A stretch of 63,989 nucleotides of DNA, the filler included, from a bacterium (lineage in GTDB: Bacteria; UBA9089; CG2-30-40-21; SBAY01): assembly GCA_040757115.1 (NCBI GenBank). It is 5 parts of 5 records of this genome, joined end to end, with 100 filler letters (N's around TTAATTAATTAA, not from the genome) between each part and the next. Parts side by side here need not be neighbours in the genome. Positions count along the whole stretch, not along the records: positions 34,888 to 61,283 come from JBFLYA010000031.1; positions 61,384 to 63,989 come from JBFLYA010000372.1; 3 more parts are not named here. One strand, 5' to 3'. The translations under genes were made by a program, and so were the position numbers. Within the stretch, counting starts at the first letter, position 1. The number at the start of each line of letters is the position of its first letter. The notes beneath the pieces were generated by a model that was not told the origin of the DNA, made no database searches, and worked only from the letters and a program-made list of their open reading frames with translations. Shown here in pieces: positions 61,022 through 63,989 of the stretch.

Positions 61022-61383
61022 CAACATTCTCCGCAAATGAACCGGCACCTAACATAGATCCAACTCAAGATCCTAATAATTGGTGGAAAAACCTACTTGA
61101 TAAAATAGGTGACTTGCTTGGCGATTGGCGAGAGTGAGCCAAAACCATGAGAAAAAATATAATAAATATAGTCAAAAAAATTATAACATTTATATTAAAT
61201 CACTATGTTTTTAGAAAGTTAAGAAACTTTCTATTGAGTTATCATGCTGTTACTCAAGGGATTGAATTTCTTCGTCAGGAAAGNNNNNNNNNNNNNNNNN
61301 NNNNNNNNNNNNNNNNNNNNNNNNNNNTTAATTAATTAANNNNNNNNNNNNNNNNNNNNNNNNNNNNNNNNNNNNNNNNNNNN

Positions 61384-61593
61384 TTCCATAAATTTCTATT
61401 AGTTTCTATTAATTTCAATTTTTTTAATAATATCTCCCTATCTCCTTAATCTCCACATCTCCTTTTGTTACACCACCTGAACGCTTACCTATTTTTAAGC
61501 CTTTTTAAACACCGAAAAACGCGAAAAACACGAAAAAAAGATATTTTCCTCTCTGTTTCTCTGCGTCTCTGTGTCTCTGTGGTGAACAGTTAC
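61384..61593. mobile_element. MITE ends (CTGAACGCTTAC at 61488; GTGAACAGTTAC at 61593)
   Basis: 61384-61488 is the reverse complement of 63866-63970. Confidence 0.75.
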
Positions 61594-61599
61594 AAAAAG

Positions 61600-63786
61600 A
61601 TGTTAAAATTTATTCTAATCACAATCATTATTTTAAATAGTGTCTCCAGTTGGGCAAAAACATCGCCAACATTAATTAAATGGTTTGGGCAATCTATCTC
61701 TAAAACTACCACCGCCTACCAGAATATCATTTTATCTGACCGTAAAATCATTACCACCAGATATTTAAAAGGGATTGAAATATGGCAACAAGATGATAAA
61801 GGTAGCTGGACTATTGTGCCTCATACCGGACTTTCTTCAGACGGTTCTTATCAAGGATTAGCCATTGGTGATGTCAATCAAGATGGTAAATTAGATATAA
61901 TTGCTACCACGGCTAATTCAGGAATTAGTCTCTGGTTAGGTGAGGATAATTTAAAATGGAATAAAATCTCAACCAATCTTCCTCAAATTAACTCCTATTT
62001 TGGAGTTGAGGTCGCTGATTTGAATTCAGATGGTTCTATGGACATAGTTTCTGCATCTCAATTCGGAATAAAGGTTTGGGCAGGAGATGGAACAGGTAAA
62101 AATTGGATTCCTCAAAATCATGGTCTGCCAGATTATAAGTATTACTATAAAGTTGTAATTACGGATTTTAACCTGGATGGTAAATTAGATATAGTTGCCA
62201 CGAATAACGATGGAGGTGGTGTAAAAGCCTGGCGAGGAAATGGTCAGGGAAAATGGATGAATACCTCAAATGGACTTCCTGGTTATGGAAACTACTACGG
62301 GTTAGCCACTTCGGATGTAAATTTAGATGGCAAGTTAGATATAATTGCAGGTAGTGGTAAAAATGGACTTGGGATTTGGCTGGGAGATGGCAATGGAAAT
62401 TGGTCAGATTCTGCTAAATCACCTCTTAAAACAAGGGCTGTTTTTAGTCTTTTTGCTTATGATTTTAATTTAGATGGTTATCCAGATATTGCCGCAGGAA
62501 CTGATGAGGGAATTAAAGTCTGGGTAGGAGATGGTCAAGGTAACTGGCAACTTGCATCATCAGGACTACCAACTGAAAATTTCTATCAGGGGCTTGCTGG
62601 CGGGGATATTAATTTAGATGGAAGACCAGACATCATTGGGGTTAATTCTGCTGGTATTCAACTCTGTTTATCAAATCCAGCACCAGTATCATTACTTGGC
62701 TGGATAGGACAGATAGGATATACCACAGATGGACTTCAACCTGAATATGGCACATCAGGCACGATTTTTACATATAAACTAAATTATATCAATAATCTCC
62801 CACCTAAAAAAGGTCATCCAAAGGTAGGCATTTATAAAGGGCAAACCTTAATCGGCACCTATACGATGAAACAAGATAATGGCTTTTACTATTTTGAGAT
62901 TTGTTTAAAAGAGAAAGGGAGTTATAGTTATCAATTTGAGGCAGAAGATATTGCTGGAAATAAAGCTATCGGCACGCCAATATACCCACAAATGGGTCCT
63001 ATGGTTGATTCTATTCATCCCCATATCTGGGCACAAAAGACCACCCCTGATACCTCGCACGAACACTATGGCATAGCTATAGCAGATTTCAACTTAGATG
63101 GTGTTGCGGATATAGTTTGTGCCACACCTCAAGGTGTGAAGGCATGGATAAGGACCAATAATCATTGGCAGCCAGCATCTTTTGGGCTTGATGAAAATAA
63201 ATTCTATTATGGGGTAGCCCTGGCAGATTTTAATTTAGATGGGAAATTGGACATCGTGGCAACCAGCATTAAAGGATTGGATGTCTGGTTTGGTGATGGT
63301 GATGGTAGATGGAATCTTAGCTCGAATGAATTGCCTTCAACCGGTTTTTTCTACGGCGTGATTTGTGGGGACTTTAATTTTGATGGAAAACCAGATATTG
63401 TTGCTGGAACTAATGATAATAAAGGTGTGCAAGCTTGGTCAGGCGATGGTAGAGGTAACTGGAAAAACAATTCTAAAGGACTTCCAACAGACGGACACCT
63501 TTGTAGCGTTGCCCTGGTTGATTTTAACTCAGATGAAAATCTTGATATTGTCGCTGGTGATTATACGGGAATCAGATTTTTACTCCAGGAAAATATGACT
63601 AAATTCAATACCTGTTCAACAATTTATGATTTACCTACTCCGCCAGGCTTTCAGCTAGCTGGTTTACCGGATGTTCTTTTTGGTCGATTTGATGGCATTA
63701 CTAAAGGATTTGCCAGTGATGGCAGGGGAAACTGGACCTATACCTTTACCAATCTTGCCATTGGCGAAGGAATAGAAATTGAGTAA
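61600..63786 (+). CDS. Secreted FG-GAP/VCBS repeat protein
   Basis: Signal peptide MLKFILITII; many D(F/V)NxDGxxDI repeats in two blocks. Confidence 0.88.
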   Translation: MLKFILITIIILNSVSSWAKTSPTLIKWFGQSISKTTTAYQNIILSDRKIITTRYLKGIEIWQQDDKGSWTIVPHTGLSSDGSYQGLAIGDVNQDGKLDIIATTANSGISLWLGEDNLKWNKISTNLPQINSYFGVEVADLNSDGSMDIVSASQFGIKVWAGDGTGKNWIPQNHGLPDYKYYYKVVITDFNLDGKLDIVATNNDGGGVKAWRGNGQGKWMNTSNGLPGYGNYYGLATSDVNLDGKLDIIAGSGKNGLGIWLGDGNGNWSDSAKSPLKTRAVFSLFAYDFNLDGYPDIAAGTDEGIKVWVGDGQGNWQLASSGLPTENFYQGLAGGDINLDGRPDIIGVNSAGIQLCLSNPAPVSLLGWIGQIGYTTDGLQPEYGTSGTIFTYKLNYINNLPPKKGHPKVGIYKGQTLIGTYTMKQDNGFYYFEICLKEKGSYSYQFEAEDIAGNKAIGTPIYPQMGPMVDSIHPHIWAQKTTPDTSHEHYGIAIADFNLDGVADIVCATPQGVKAWIRTNNHWQPASFGLDENKFYYGVALADFNLDGKLDIVATSIKGLDVWFGDGDGRWNLSSNELPSTGFFYGVICGDFNFDGKPDIVAGTNDNKGVQAWSGDGRGNWKNNSKGLPTDGHLCSVALVDFNSDENLDIVAGDYTGIRFLLQENMTKFNTCSTIYDLPTPPGFQLAGLPDVLFGRFDGITKGFASDGRGNWTYTFTNLAIGEGIEIE

Positions 63787-63817
63787 GCAAAAAAGGTAAT
63801 TGGTGATAGAAAAATTA

Positions 63818-63989
63818 GGTGGTGTCTTAATCTATCATAAAGGTTGAAATAGTGTCCGAAAAGGAGTAAGCGTTCAGGTGGTGTAACAAAAGGAGATGTG
63901 GAGATTAAGGAGATAGGGAGATATTATTAAAAAAATTGAAATTAATAGAAACTAATAGAAATTTATGGAAATTTGTTGTTTTCCACAAT
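63818..63989. mobile_element. GGTGGTGTCT MITE end interrupted by GTAAGCGTTCAG element (63866 to window end)
   Basis: Matches the reverse complement of the 40300 end and of 61384-61488. Confidence 0.8.

Noticed and set aside
26596-61383. TTAATTAATTAA palindromes inside N runs (four places)
   Set aside because: Artificial six-frame-stop contig linkers; adjacency across them is not biological
61465-61599. N-terminal extension of the FG-GAP ORF (likewise 42028-42099 of the WD40 ORF and 46265-46375)
   Set aside because: Reads through repeat elements or an overlapping gene; better starts lie downstream
61384-63989. Composite transposon around the FG-GAP gene
   Set aside because: Both flanking copies are truncated at contig ends, so no outer TSD can be checked; high-copy repeats naturally bound contigs

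Overview
AT-rich bacterial sequence, probably from an uncultured anaerobe. It is a concatenation of at least five contigs joined by artificial N-TTAATTAATTAA-N linkers (about 26596-26695, 30734-30832, 34788-34887, 61284-61383). Contig 1 holds a large HdrA/HdrL gene, a 5'-truncated integron integrase, a Pc promoter with attI, and a ~17 kb cassette array. The array has 16 recognisable attC sites, 7 toxin-antitoxin pairs, a serpin, a TM-protein+HAD pair, a DUF2339-like+M48 pair and gene-less cassettes, and is followed by a pseudogene copy of the hdrA 3' region. The other contigs carry cysS, mcsB-clpC, a Trk K+ uptake operon, acyP, tmRNA and smpB separated by a CDP-dideoxy-sugar cluster, an RHS toxin/immunity pair and an FG-GAP protein. 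Three signals are not explained by these genes. (1) Nested non-autonomous elements, several with exact 8-bp target duplications, are filled with inverted 7-9-nt tandem-repeat arms and carry relics of four-helix-bundle (Avd/23S-IVP-like) and GxxExxY genes. (2) The same heptamer arrays occur in frame in four loops of HdrA, and the largest insert differs between two otherwise near-identical hdrA copies. (3) Shared REP-headed 'tail+attC' modules are grafted onto unrelated cassette genes.
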